The notes under the pieces: generated by a model | The model's input: the letters and a program-made list of their open reading frames with translations, nothing else | Told to the model about the DNA's origin: nothing | The model's database searches: none | Assembly: GCA_950097015.1 (NCBI GenBank) | Contig: CATNEN010000011.1 | Span: forward strand, 2,666,001-2,730,000 | Source of the DNA: Macrostomum hystrix | Lineage: Eukaryota; Animalia; Platyhelminthes | Reading direction: 5' to 3' | DNA length: 64,000 bases | Shown here: one piece after another, positions 22,492-35,859 of the stretch | How positions within the stretch are numbered: the stretch's first letter is position 1 | Layout: every line of letters begins with the position of its first letter | Position numbers and translations under genes: made by a program

Positions 22492-23306
22492 TCGGGCAAG
22501 CTGAAGACGCAGTAAAACAAATGAAAAATAACAGTTATAACCAATTCGTAGACTTTGGGATAGGAAGGTGAAAATCCTCAAAATAAGCTTTGTTTTTGTT
22601 ATGAAAAATCCTTTTAGTTAATACAAAATTGTTTTGACATTTTCTCTAAAACTTCTAGATGCTTTAGCTTACTCGATATTTATGCTTTACAGTGCTTGTT
22701 CATGACATACGTATAATTATTTAATTTATAAATTTTCGCTTCTTACAATCATTTATATATTATAAGAGTTAAATTATATAAATATTATAGACGCTTTAAA
22801 AGCAGAGCATTTGATATTTCCAAGAATAAAAAAAGATGGAATAATTTAAGGAGGTGCATATGATAAATATCTTTAAATTGAAGAAAACAATACGACCAAA
22901 TTTGTGTTTTAAAGAGGAAATCTTAAGAGTTGTATTTTGTTAGTGATGCTGCTGCCTGCCATCATTAGCTAAATAAGTCACAGAACCAAAGTTGAACCGA
23001 TGAGCATCAAATCAAGTGCAGGTTTTTTATCTGAAAAAAAATAATTTAGCTAAATTTGTTTTTTTATTTTTTTGCAAATGCTTAAGACGACATCAATTGA
23101 CTTACTTAGACTAGTGTTTATTGAATTTGTTAGTTTGTACTGTAACGATAATTTTTTAAGTAACGTAATATTTATTTAAGTAACTTGATCGCTCTGCTTT
23201 ATATTACAAACGACAGCTTACTTTTCATTTGACAAATATTTAACAAAGACAGTAAAAAGTTTTTTTAATATCGTCCTGAATATCGTATTCTAAGATCGTA
23301 TATAAA

Positions 23307-26300
23307 ATGGAGCTTCCGTCTCATATTAAAAAGCCAAAGCTGTGTTCCTTGCGTCGATGGGAGAACTACAATGGCTATGGATTTAATTTACATTCCGACA
23401 AGGGCAAACAAGGCCAATTCATTGGCAAGGTGGACCCGAACTCACCAGCCGAACTAGGCGGAATCTGTTCTCAAGACGTGCTAATCGAAGTCAACGGAAT
23501 TGATGTTGGTAAGACATAAGTGCATTTTCGAGCTTAATAGAGATGTGCGATCTAAACACTTCACAGCAAAACTCCAATAATCAGTTCAGTCAATCTGCAA
23601 CTCAGAAGTTTACGCTTTTAATTAATTCTTTCATTATAATTACTACAATATTTCAGAGGAGGCTTCGCACAACATTGTTGTTGGTCGCGTTAAGTCGATT
23701 CCAAACCGCGTCGATTTGTTCGTCTGTCATCCTGACACGTACAAATACTGTAAGGAGAACAACATCAAACTTAGCTCGGTCATGAACAATATTGAGGAGT
23801 ACACCACACCAGAGCGTCAGCCAGCGCCAGTAGAAGAGGTAGAAGAGCGGGTTAGTAGCTTAATTTTCGTCCAAATTATCTTTTATAAGTTCATATCTCT
23901 TCTTTTCGAATAATTCCATTTTGTTGGTAAGTTGAAATGCGCAAAAATAGAGCATAAATGCATGGTTGTCATCCCGAACTAGAAAACATAATAAACAACG
24001 AAACCCAACAAGCAGCAGCAGCAGCAGCAACCTGCAACTAACGATGCTTCCGCAGAGGAAGCGTTTGCACTACTAAAAGCCGCCATTGAAGCTTCCGGCG
24101 GTGTCGACTTCGAAGAAGTGACGCAGCAGCAACTGCCGGACCGTTTTCGCAGCAAGAAGCAAGAAGACTTGCATAATAAACAGGTACTTTTAGGCTGCCC
24201 ATAGACTATGGATTCAGTACCTGTTAAACTGTAGATTCACACCTGTCAGCTGTGGATTCACCACCTGTTAGACTGTAAATTCACTACCTGTTAGACTGTG
24301 AATTCACTACCTGTTAGACTGTAAATTCACTACCTGTTAGACTGTAAATTCACTACCTGTTAGACTGTGAATTCACTACCTGTTAGACTGTGGATTCACT
24401 ACCTGTTAGACTGTGGATTCACTACCTGTTAGACTGTGGATTCACTACCTGTTAGACTGTGGATTCACAACCTGTTAGACTGTGAATTCACTACCTGTTA
24501 GAATGTGAATTCACTACCTGTTAGACTGTGAATTCACAACATGTTAGACTGTGGATTCACAACACGTTAGACTGTGGAATCACTACTTGTTAGACTGTGA
24601 AATCACTACCTGTTAGACTGTGAATTCACTACCTGTTAGACTGTGGATTCACTACCTGTTAGACTGTGGATTCACTACCTGTTAGACTGTGGATTCACAA
24701 CATGTTAGACTGTGGATTCACAACATGTTAGACTGTGGATTCACAACATGTTAGACTGTGGATTCACTACCTGTTAGACTGTGGATTCACTACCTGTTAG
24801 ACTGTGAATTCACTACATGTTAGACTGTGGATTCACTACCTGCGGTTTTGTAAATAACTTTTATATGCAGCTCTGAATAGAAAAAAGAATAAGAAAGAAT
24901 TTTTTGTTATCAGAGCCTGACCTAACAAATATGTCACGAGTTCAATGAATAATATAGTGTTGGGCACTCGCTCTCCAAAGGACTGCAGAAAATATTTTTA
25001 GTAAAATTCTGAACTAGCTTCTCTCTTATCTTAACAAACTCGTAGCCTGGGCTTTAAAACTCCGATTTCATAAACTTGTGATTTCATTTTTTCGATTTTA
25101 AATCTCGCAGAAAGTTAATATATCATCTTACTCAGGTAATAAAGATGCATCGAAGACAGACTGACAACAGTTGGAAGATGAGACCCGGGTGAGATAAGAC
25201 ACGGGAGAGATGAGACATGGGTGAGGTGAGACCCGAGAGAGATGAGACACAGGAGAGATGAGACACGGGAGAGATGAGACAGGCGAGAGATGAGACACAG
25301 GAGAGATAAGACACGGGAGAGATGAGACACGGGAGAGATAAGACACGGGAGAGATGAGACACAGGAGAGATAAGACACGAGAGAGATGAGACACAGGAGG
25401 GATGAGACAGGCGAGAGATGAGACACAGGAGAGATGAGACACGGGAGAGATGAGACACGGGAGAGATGAGACACAGGAGAGATAAGACACGGGAGAGATG
25501 AGACACGGGAGAGATGAGACACGGGAGAGATGAGACAGGCGAGAGATGAGACAGGCGAGAGATGAGACACAGGAGAGATGAGACACGGGAGAGATGAGAC
25601 ACAGGAGAGATGAGACACGGGAGAGATGAGACACGGGAGAGATGAGACACAGGAGGGATGAGACAGGCGAGAGATGAGACACGGGAGAGATGAGACAGGG
25701 GATATATGAGACAGGGGAGAGATGAGACAGGGGGTAGATGAGACAGGGGATAGATGAGACGCGGGATAGATGAGACAGGGGACAGGTGAGACGCGGGATA
25801 GATGAGACAGGGGATAGATGAGACACGGGATAGATGAGACAGGGGACAGATGAGACACGGGATAGATGAGACAGGGGATAGATGAGACACGGGATAGATG
25901 TGACAGGGGACAGATGAGACACGGGATAGATGAGACAGGGGATAGATGAGACGCGGGATAGATGAGAAAATAGTTTTTACCACTCAAAATAGTTCCAATT
26001 TGTTTGAATAAAAAAGCCCACACCGCCAGTAAAATTTCGTGCTAACGAATTGCACCCAAAAAATAATGGCCTACGAAGCGTGGCTCGAGCATCGGTCAAC
26101 GCCTTCAATCTGATAAGAGCGCTTACTTTGCTTTCCCTTCGCCAGCTTTTTTGCGGGCCAGTATAGAGAGAATTTTTATGGTATCAACTGATTATTTTTC
26201 TGCAGCTCTCGTATCGCAGGTTGCCATGGCGACCTCAATATCTTATCGGGCAAAGCAGTGGTTCTGTACAGTAACAACATATTTTATAGCGAATATATCG

Positions 26301-26762
26301 TGGGACAAAAAAGTATCACGCGCGATATATACTACTTATCGATGTTGTTAGTAGAGTAGTATGCGTTCAAAGTAAATTTAGTCTAAAAATGATTTAAATT
26401 GCTTTCTTTCGCAGCCAAAGTCCAACGCAGCAAGTTCGCAGCGAACTCCGAGCCCGCCGCCGTCGTTCACCGCGGCCGTTCAGCAGCCACCGCGGGTCGT
26501 CGTCGCGGCACCAGCCGCTGCTGCCGCCGCACCGCCAGTTTACATTCATCCGCCGCCGATGCAACAACAGCAGCAGCAGCAGCCGAGGCAGCAGCAGCAG
26601 CAGCAGCAGCGAGCTGCCGTTGGCAACAAAGGCGGTAGTGACCCAGTTGGCAATGTTAGCCTGGAGGATGTCAGGTCTCGGGTTGGTCAGAACAAGCGAA
26701 ATCAGGTCAAGATGATGAACAGCACCTTCTCGGAGAAGTATAGCGTGTTTGAATCGCTTTGA
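23307..26762 (+). CDS. NHERF1: NHERF/EBP50-like scaffold: one PDZ domain plus C-terminal ERM-binding-like tail (~304 aa), 4 exons
   Basis: Exons 23307-23508, 23657-23850, ~24013-24183 (acceptor uncertain), 26415-26762. PDZ motifs GYGFNLH, VDPNSPAELGG, DVLIEVNG. C-terminus STFSEKYSVFESL resembles the EBP50 tail. Symbol denotes family; paralogue not resolvable. Confidence 0.8.
24225..24842. repeat. Minisatellite, 23-bp unit ATTCACTACCTGTTAGACTGTGG, in NHERF intron 3
   Basis: Direct tandem periodicity, ~27 copies. Confidence 0.95.
25170..25966. repeat. Minisatellite, 16-bp purine-rich unit GATGAGACACGGGAGA, in NHERF intron 3
   Basis: Direct periodicity; generates three overlapping periodic minus-strand ORFs that are not genes. 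Confidence 0.95.
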
Positions 26763-27099
26763 AAACAAAGCTAGTTGTCAGGCATGTTGTCTTGGGAACC
26801 GTGCGGAGTTTGTCTGCCTCGTTAAACTTGTTATTGTACTAAAAATGGTACACAAGGTTATAGTTTGAAATACGAGTAACTATATCATTTGATTGAATCG
26901 ATTACAAAAAGACACATTTTTTACTAAAATTTTGATTCGCTGGGGTTACGGAACTTTCGCCGAAAAAATTATATGGCATCGTCAATCTTTCAATCAGTAG
27001 TTTTTTTCTGACAATAAAAAGTTTGGTAAAATCAGTGAGACATTTTATCACTATAGTATTTCATTGTATGTTTCGGAAAAGTTTTTTCCTCTTTATGTG

Positions 27100-28218
27100 A
27101 AAGTTATTCGCGTGTCAGAAAAGTTATTCGCGTGTCAGAAAAGTTATTCGCGTGTCAGGAAAGTTATTCGTGTGTCAGGAAAGTTATTCGTGTGTCAGGA
27201 AAGTTATTCGTGTGTCAGGTAAGTTATTCGTGTGTCAGGAAAGTTATTCGTGTGTCAGGAAAGTTATTCAGGTTTCAGGAAAGTTATTCAGGTTTCAGGA
27301 AAGTTATTCAGGTTTCAGGAAAGTTATTCAGGTTTCAGGAAAGTTATTCAGGTTTCAGGAAAGTTATTCAGGTTTCAGAAAAGTTATTCAGGTTTCAGGA
27401 AAGTTATTCAGGTTTCAGGAAAGTTATTCAGGTTTCAGAAAAGTTATTCAGGTTTCAGAAAAGTTATTCAGGTTTCAGGAAAGTTATTCAGGTTTGAGGA
27501 AATTTATTCATGTTTTAGAAAAGTTATTCAGGTTTCAGGAAAGTTATTCAGGTTTCAGGAAAGTTATTCAGGTTTCAGAAAAGTTATTCAGGTTTCAGGA
27601 AAGTTATTCAGGTTTCAGGAAAGTTATTCAGGTTTCAGAAAAGTTATTCAGGTTTCAGGAAAGTTATTCAGGTTTGAGGAAATTTATTCAGGTTTCAGAA
27701 AAGTTATTCAAGTTTTAGAAAAGTTATTCAGGTTTCAGAAAAGTTATTCAGGTTTCAGGAAAGTTATTCAGGTTTCAAGAAAGTTATTCAGGGTTCAGGA
27801 AAGTTATATTCGGGTGTCAGGAAAGAAATTAACGTGTCAGGAAAGTTATTTATATGTCAGGAAAGGTTGATTTAGGTGTCAGGAAATTTAATCGGTTGTC
27901 TGGAAAGTCATTCGGCTGTCAGGATTGGTGGTGTCAGGAAAGCTATTCAGGTGTCAGGAAAGTTATGCAGGTGTTAGGAAAGTTATTAATATGTCAGGAA
28001 AGATATTCGGGTGTCAGGAAAGTTATGCAGGTGTCAGGAAAGTTATTAATATGTCAGGAAAGATATGCAGGTGTCAGGAAAGTTATTAAATGTCAGGAAA
28101 GATATTCAGGTGTCAGGAAAGTTATTAATATGTCAGGAAAGATATTCGGGTGTCAGGAAAGTTATGCAGGTGTTAGGAAAGTTATTAATATGTCAGGAAA
28201 GATATTCGGGTGTCAGGA
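27100..28218. repeat. Minisatellite, 20-bp unit AAGTTATTCAGGTTTCAGGA, degenerate at both ends
   Basis: Direct periodicity; source of the QESYSGFRKVIQVSGKLF ORFs in all frames. Confidence 0.95.
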
Positions 28219-29284
28219 AATCTATCCATGTGTTGCTTGATGGATAGCATTTTTCTAAAATCATAATTACGAGCTAGATAATTATTTCTGTATGACTCAC
28301 TTTGCCTAACCTACTCTAGTCTATTAAGTCTATTATGGATCATTTTAGCATGCGATATATCTTTACCTTCTTTTTCTTTGTCGCACCGCTTCCTTAATAA
28401 AATGGCCTGACCTGCATCTGTAACTAGGCTTCCCTTTTTCTCTGATAGGATAATTGATGACTGCGGGGAACGGCTGCAGATCATCAGGGACGTTAATGAA
28501 AGCTTTTCACTTGGACTTAGGAATGCAGGGAAGGCAAGTGAGGGCAGGTGGCTCTCTAGCCCCCCGACTACTCAAACTCATCCTCAGCCTCCCCAGCCGT
28601 CACCCGGGAGCAAAGTAGGCAGCAGCTGCTCACAGTTGAGCAACTCAGCCTTATTTCCATAGTTTGCTGTTTTTCTGTTGCTGCAGCAGTTGTGTGTTTG
28701 CAGCAGAAAATGTATTTCTCTTCTACATATTAACTAGACTGTGAATGGGATTGTGAATCATAAATAGACTGTGAATAGACTGGTGCCTACACACTAGAGA
28801 CTTTCGAACCAACGACGTTGTCCACATTTTCTTGAGTAAACTTTGAGTCCTGTCATTATCTTTGCCTCTGCATTTGTCAAAGAATTTCAGACAGGTAAAA
28901 TAAGGTAAGGACAGGTAAAAGGCAGCAAAAATCTCTCCTATCAACATTTTTTGAAGCAGACAAAATCAAAAAGAAGAAAGAGAAATAGATAATTACACGG
29001 TTGCCATGCTGACTTGCTAATCACCGCCCTCTCGTCTCCGCTATCAGAAGAAAGTCACATGACAATGGAGCGAACTTGTTGCTTCGATTGTTGAATTATG
29101 CGAATGACTGACTAAACAAGCCACATATACAGCTGTTTTCACTGCTTCTACACCTGTCTAAAAAACAGCCCCGCAATTACTTATATAGAAAAATAGTGAT
29201 ATTCATTTTCTTCTTTATGGAACGCAATCAGAATGGCGATCAGAATTACCTGTTTTGACAAAGAGTCAACTGATAAAGAAAAAA

Positions 29285-30160
29285 ATCACCTGTTAGATAA
29301 AATAATAACATGTTAGATAACAAATTCACCTGTTTAATAAAATAATCACATGTTAGATAACAAATTCACCTGTTTAATAAAATAATCACGTTAGATAACA
29401 AATTCACCTGTTTAATAAAATAATCACATGTTAGATAACAAATTCACCTGTTTAATAAAATAATCACGTGTTAGATAACAAAATCACATGTTAGATAACA
29501 AAATCACTTGTTCGATAAAATAATCACATGTTAGATAACAAAATCACTTGTTCGATAAAATAATCACGTGTTAGATAACAAAATCACATGTTAGATAACA
29601 AAATCACTTGTTCGATAAAATAATCACATGTTAGATAACAAAATCACCTGTTAGATAACAAAATCACCTGTTAAATAACAAAATCACATGTAAGATAATA
29701 AAATCACCTGTTAGATAACAAAATCACTTGTTCGATAAAATAATCACATGTAAGATAATAAAATCACCTGTTAGATAACAAAATCACTTGTTTGATAAAA
29801 TAATTACAAGTTAGATAACAAACTCACCTGTTAGATAACAAACTCACCTGTTAGATAACAAAATCACATGTTAGATAACAAAATCACATGTTAGATAACA
29901 AAATCACATGTTAGATAACAAAATCACCTGTTTAATAAAAAAATCACATGTTTGATGACAAACTCACCTGTTTGATAAAATAATCACATGTTAGATAACA
30001 AACTCACCTGTTTGATAAAATAATCACAAGTTAGATAACAAACTCACCTGTTAGATAACAAAATCACCTGTTAGATAAAATAATTACATGTTAGATAACA
30101 AAGTCGCCTGTTAGATAACAAAAACATTTGTTAGATAAAAGAATCACATTTTAGATAAAA
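29285..30160. repeat. Minisatellite, 20-bp unit AATCACATGTTAGATAACAA
   Basis: Direct tandem periodicity with variants. Confidence 0.93.
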
Positions 30161-30477
30161 TCAGTTTTGTCACCCGCCTTACATGGCCTTACAAACCAGA
30201 CAAAACAGTCTTGTCCTAGGTAGCAAGTTGTTACTTTCTCATACTCTTGCTATTTTAGACCCAATTCAGTGAAGCAAACTAGCAACACAATTAACGTACT
30301 AAACAGAAGTGAGCATTCCAAAGTGTTTGGCAAACACTTGACAATTTCGCGAAACAAAAGCACACGCAAGCACCAAATTGCTTGCATCGTAGGAAGTACT
30401 GCAGCGACAGTGACTCAACTCAATGGGATATAATAAAGTGTTTGCTTATGTTTACTGCAATAAATACCTGTTTCTGT

Positions 30478-31350
30478 CTTCTGGGATCTGTCTTGTGGGA
30501 TATGTTTTGTGGGATCTGTCTTATGGGATCTGTCTTATGGGATCTGTCTTATGGGATCTGTCTTATGGGATCTGTCTTATGGGATCTGTCTTATGGGATC
30601 TGTTTTGTGGGATCTGTCTTATGGGATCTGTCTTATGGGATCTGTCTTATGGAATCTGTCTTATGGGATCTGTCTTCTGGGATCTGTCTTATGGGATCTG
30701 TCTTATGGGATCTGTCTTATGGGATCTGTCTTCTGGGATCTGTCTTATGGGATCTGTCTTATGGGATCTTTCTTATGGGATCTGTCTTATGGGATCTGTC
30801 TTATGGGATCTGTCTTATGGGATCTGTCTTATGGAATCTGTCTTATGGGATCTGTCTTCTGGGATCTGTCTTATGGGATCTGTCTTATGGGATCTTTCTT
30901 ATGGGATCTGTCTTATGGGATCTGTCTTATGGGATCTGTCTTATGGGATCTGTTTTGTGGGATCTGTCTTATGGGATCTGTCTTATGGGATCTGTCTTAT
31001 GGAATCTGTCTTATGGGATCTGTCTTCTGGGATCTGTCTTATGGGATCTGTCTTATGGGATCTTTCTTATGGGATCTGTCTTATGGGATCTGTCTTATGG
31101 GATCTGTCTTTTGGGATGTGTCTAATGGGATCTGTCTTCTAGAATCTGTCGTATGGGATCCGTCTTATGGGATCCATGCAATGGGATCTGTCTTATGGGA
31201 TCTGTCTTTTCGGATCCCTTTTATGGGATTTGTCTTATGGGATCTTTGTACTGGGATCTTTGTACTGGGATCTTTGTACTGGGATCTTTGTACTGGGATC
31301 TTTGTACTGGGATCTTTGTACTGGGATCTTTGTACTGGGATCTTTGTACT
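30478..31350. repeat. Minisatellite, 14-bp unit ATGGGATCTGTCTT shifting to CTGGGATCTTTGTA
   Basis: Direct periodicity; 14-aa periodic ORFs in all three frames. Confidence 0.95.
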
Positions 31351-31869
31351 TTGAACGCAGCAGAGAGGTCAAATACACTGTATTAAAGCATATATAAAAG
31401 CAGATGAGCTCACTGTATCTAAGGGCTGGATACCGCTAGCCGTACACTATGGAGCACTTACAAAAGCTTAAGACGAGAAAGCATTTGGGAGCTGCCATCT
31501 TCTAAGCTTACAGTGTTTTCTCACTCCCCTCTCTCTCTCTCTCACACAGTTGGGACGAAGCCAATTCGCATCCTTCACTCAGTCCCAAACTCCACCCTAA
31601 GGGGATGAGAATGTGATTTAGCCCAAGTTTGCCGCCTTCTCTGTCCTAACATTTTTACACGCTTCGGTTAATCGTCGGGACAGTATTTTTTCTGGGCAAG
31701 GATTATAGCGATCCGAAGCATGAAAGGATCTGCCAGAGCTTGGCGACCAATGCGGATGGACCACATCCCCTGAACTCGTTACAGACACCATGGCCGCCTA
31801 TATAGTGCCCCTATCTGTCCCCACTCTACCCATGCAGCTTTCCAACCTCACTTTCAACTATTCATAATA

Positions 31870-32430
31870 ATATATCATCTCTCTCCATCTCTCTCCCTTC
31901 ATCACTCTCTCTTCATCACTCTCCCTTTATCACTCTCCCTCCATCACTGTCCCTTCATCACTCTCTCTTCATCACTGTCCCTTCATCACTCTCTCTTCAT
32001 CTCTTTCCCTTCATCACTCTCCCTTCTTCACTCTCCCTCCATCACTCTCCCTTCATCACTCTCTCTTCATCACTCTCCCTTCTTCACTCTCCCTCCATCA
32101 CTGTCCCTTCATCACTCTCTCTTCATCACTCTCCCTTCATCACTCTCTCTTCATCTCTTTCCCTTCATCACTCTCCCTTCATCACTCTCTCTTCATCACT
32201 CTCCCTTCTTCACTCTCCCTCCATCACTGTCCCTTCATCACTCTCTCTTCATCACTGTCCCTTCATCACTCTCTCTTCATCACTGTCCCTTCATCACTTT
32301 CCCTTCATCACTTTCCCTTCATTACTTTCCCTTTATCACTCTCCCTTCATCACTCTCCCTTCATCACTGTCCCTTCATCACTGTCCCTTCATCACTCTCT
32401 CTTCTTCACTTTCCCTTCATCACTCCCTTC
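31870..32430. repeat. Pyrimidine-rich minisatellite, 14-bp unit TTCATCACTCTCCC
   Basis: Direct periodicity; strong strand purine/pyrimidine asymmetry. Confidence 0.93.
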
Positions 32431-33079
32431 CTTTCAACTCTCTCCATTCAACACTATCCGTACATATCACTCCATCTCTCTTCATCTCTTTCCTTTTTTC
32501 TTTTCATCTCTCTGACATATCTCTCCCAACCGCTATTATCTCAACTATCTACCCCTTCCTTAACCCTACCCCGTCTGCCCCATATACCAAAGCTATCCCA
32601 TATTCTTTCAATTTTCATCATTTCTACTCATTGCGTCTCAATAGTTCAATTCGAACTCAAATATCTAATATTTAAAAACTGCCTTAGGTGGGCTTGGAGT
32701 CTCAGTTTTTTTTCAAATTCATTTGCTTAGTTTTTTTAACGAACTTGCGTGAAATCTCATTGTTTCAGCAAGCTGAGATGGCACGGCACACATTGAAAAC
32801 CGTTCAAATTGGTCTTCAAGCGTGCGAAATCCGGAAATTTACGACTTACATGATGAGACACGTTTAACAACTTAAACCATGATGATATATGCACTGTATT
32901 TTGCACACTGCATAGTTACTGTACATTACAGAACAGTAAGTACAGTAAAGTACACATGTTGCAGAAAATTCAATTTTAATTAGAGATAAGACGGATTTTA
33001 TTTTATAAGAAAATAAGTGAGATAGATTAATATAACTCATTGACAATTAATTAACAATCAATAAATTAACAAACAAGGG

Positions 33080-33545
33080 TGAGATAGATGGACATAGGGT
33101 GAGCAAGCATTGAGATGAGGGTGAGACAAATATTGAGATGAGGGTTAGACAAATATTGAGATGAGGGTGAGACAAATGTTGAGATAAGGGTTAGACAAAC
33201 GTTGAGATGAGGGTGAGACAAATATTGAGATAAGGGTGAGACAAACGTCTAGATGAGGGTGAGACAAATATTGAGATAAGGGTGAGACAAACGTTGAGAT
33301 GAGGGTGAGACAAGCATTGTGATAAGGGTGAGACAAACGTTGAGATGAGGGTGAGACAAATATTGAGATAAGGGTGAGACAAACGTTGAGATGAGGGTGA
33401 GACAAATATTGAGATAAGGGTGAGACAAACGTTGAGATGAGGGTGAGACAAATATTGAGATAAGGGTGAGACAAACGTTGAGATGAGGGTGAGACAAATA
33501 TTGAGATAAGGGTGAGACAAGCATTGAGGTGAGGGTGAGAAGAAC
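33080..33545. repeat. Minisatellite, 23-bp unit with alternating variants (GAGATGAGGGTGAGACAAATATT / GAGATAAGGGTGAGACAAACGTT)
   Basis: Direct periodicity forming a 46-bp dimer. Confidence 0.93.
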
Positions 33546-34189
33546 AATACGATAAGTGTGAGGCAAAAAATTATGATGAGGTTGAGGAGATGAGAATTGG
33601 ATAACAATTGAAATGAGTTGAGACACAGGAGACAAAAATTATACATACTAGCTAAATTAAGACTTCCAGTGAGAATGCGTTTCGCCTTTAAAAGCTTTGG
33701 ATCTCGCGAATCTACGGCCGAAAGCTAATATACTCGTACGTGCTAATGTTCTAAAAATATTCTCAGAAACTGACATAGAGACAGACAATTACCAATTAGA
33801 TAAAAAAAAGTACACGGACGCTGTACAACGAAGCGAACACCCAAATAATTTTATTTAGATCCTAAGCACAACGTTAACGAGTGAGTGTCATATGCAGTAT
33901 TCAAACTTTCTCAAAATTGAATTTGTCAGACAATTCTTTACTGATATTCACGGAGAGGATAATCTCAGAGAGGATAATCTCACCCTTGGTACTCTCAGAG
34001 GGGATAATCTCACCCTGGTATTCTCAGAGGGGATAATCTCACCCAGATATTCTTGGAGAGGATTATCAAACCCAGTGGACTGAATTATCTCGCTCTGTGA
34101 ACAGGATAATCTCACCCTTCTCTTGATTACAATTGTTTTGGATAATCTGCCACCAGGATTGATCCATGGACATTGTCAATCTTCGCAGT

Positions 34190-35551
34190 CTAACTTGGAG
34201 CCCTAGCGCCACCGCCACAGGTGCTTTGTCCGGCACTGAAGGACGCGCTGGTCGTGGCCTGAGCTGCAGTCACCACCTCCATGCCGTGCAGGCCGCCGCG
34301 AGCCAGACGCTGAATGGTTTGATAATCCCGCATCTGTCGGCGCAGCACCAGAGTCTTGAACGCTCGCCGATAATCAGCCGAGAACAGCGCGTAGATGAAG
34401 GGATTCAGAGCGCTGTTGACATAACCCAGCCAGAAGCAGATGTCGAAGGTCAGCGGCGCCACGCAGTCCTGGCAGAATGCGCCGAACAGGTAGACGGAGA
34501 AGAATGGTGCCCAGCAGCCGATGAATGTGACGCAGATGATGGCCAGCATGCGAGCTGCCTTCAGCTCTCGACCGTATCTGCCAGAGAACGGGGCGTACTT
34601 TGTTGCCACATTGATCAGAGTGTTCCAGGACGGCTTGCGACTGGTGGCCGCTGGTGGCGGCACCAGCTGATGCTGCTGCTGCGAGTTCTTCGCTAGCCTA
34701 ACTCGACGGCTAACAATGGAAGTACCGCTGCTGCCTGTTCCAACGTAGCTGGCTGCTGCAGCGGCGCCGCCGCCGCGGTGAATCCGAAGCTCGCCGTGCT
34801 GAGCGGCGCTCTCGCGGCTGGCCAGGACGCCGCGACGTCCGGCCTTCAGAGTCCGATGCACTGAGGCGAATATGTGCAGGTAGAAGTAGATCATAATTAG
34901 CAAGGGTATGAAGAATGAGCCGAGGGCGGAATAGACAATGTAGAGCGGTGTGCTGTGGGCGATGGTACACTGCTGGCCGAGGTCCAAGCAGGCCGTATTT
35001 CCGTTGTCGCCGCCATCGTAGGAGGCGTTCTTGTGGTTCGGCCCCTCGCCGTTCTTATCGGCGCTCTGTAGGAACAGTTTGAAGAGCGTCGGCAGGCTGA
35101 TAGCGCAGGCAAGGATCCAGACGCAGGCCACGAGTAGCCGGGCGCGTCGCCGGTTCATGAGCTTCGGATACTTCAACGGATGACGAAGGCTGATGTAGCG
35201 GTCGAGGCTGATGACAACCAGGTTGAGGATGGAGGCGGTGCAGGTCCAGACATCGACGGCCAGCCAGATTTGGCACCACCAGCGGCTGAAGATCCAGTGC
35301 TTCAGCAGCACCTGATAGGCGATGGAGAATGGCAGAACCAGGAGGCCAACCAGAAGGTCGCTGGTTGCCAGGCTGACAACGAAAGTACTTGTGAGAGCAG
35401 TCTGCAGCTTGGCTGAAGTACACGCGGCCAGCACTACAAGAATGTTACCAAATATGATGATGGTGTTTACTAGGCCTAAACCGCAAGTTTGCACTATGAA
35501 CAGGGGTGACAATAAGTATTGCCGGGTTATGCAGCCACTTTCGTTGGCCAT
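34190..35551 (-). CDS. Class A aminergic GPCR, alpha-adrenergic-like octopamine receptor type (453 aa, intronless)
   Basis: Seven hydrophobic segments. TM3 WLAVDVWTCTASILNLVVISLDRY (amine-binding Asp), TM5 SALGSFFIP, TM6 CWAPFF, TM7 FWLGYVNSALNPFIYALFS, similar to OAMB/Octalpha receptors. Confidence 0.92.
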   Translation of the reverse strand: MANESGCITRQYLLSPLFIVQTCGLGLVNTIIIFGNILVVLAACTSAKLQTALTSTFVVSLATSDLLVGLLVLPFSIAYQVLLKHWIFSRWWCQIWLAVDVWTCTASILNLVVISLDRYISLRHPLKYPKLMNRRRARLLVACVWILACAISLPTLFKLFLQSADKNGEGPNHKNASYDGGDNGNTACLDLGQQCTIAHSTPLYIVYSALGSFFIPLLIMIYFYLHIFASVHRTLKAGRRGVLASRESAAQHGELRIHRGGGAAAAASYVGTGSSGTSIVSRRVRLAKNSQQQHQLVPPPAATSRKPSWNTLINVATKYAPFSGRYGRELKAARMLAIICVTFIGCWAPFFSVYLFGAFCQDCVAPLTFDICFWLGYVNSALNPFIYALFSADYRRAFKTLVLRRQMRDYQTIQRLARGGLHGMEVVTAAQATTSASFSAGQSTCGGGARAPS

Positions 35552-35859
35552 TTTTGTATAGCCGTGTCAGGTGTGACAATTCTGCTCCTCCGTGTGTCTG
35601 CGTGTTGCTCATCAAACCCGGAACGGTGTTTTTGTCCTCGCAGCTCTGCCAGTTTTCTCCCCAACTCCCTCTTATTTTCTTCCCTATTTTTCCTGGCGTC
35701 CAATGAATTGCAATATACTCGGGGAATCGGGGAAGAAAAGGGACTGGGGGAATGAGATGACGCTACAATGGTGAAGAATTAAAAAACTCTATTGTTATCT
35801 ATAGAGCTGTCAGGCCATTAAGGAAGTTTATCGCCTAGGCAATGTAGAGTAGGATGACA

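Noticed and set aside
30200-31500. Possible small minus-strand gene starting MAAPKCFLVLSF at ~31498 with a GTAAGT donor
   Set aside because: No convincing downstream exon or recognisable domain could be assembled.
25115-33646. Overlapping Cys/Leu/Ser-rich ORFs at 25115-26023, 27132-28247, 30382-31397 and 33145-33646
   Set aside because: Open in all three frames with period equal to the repeat unit length; artefacts of minisatellites.
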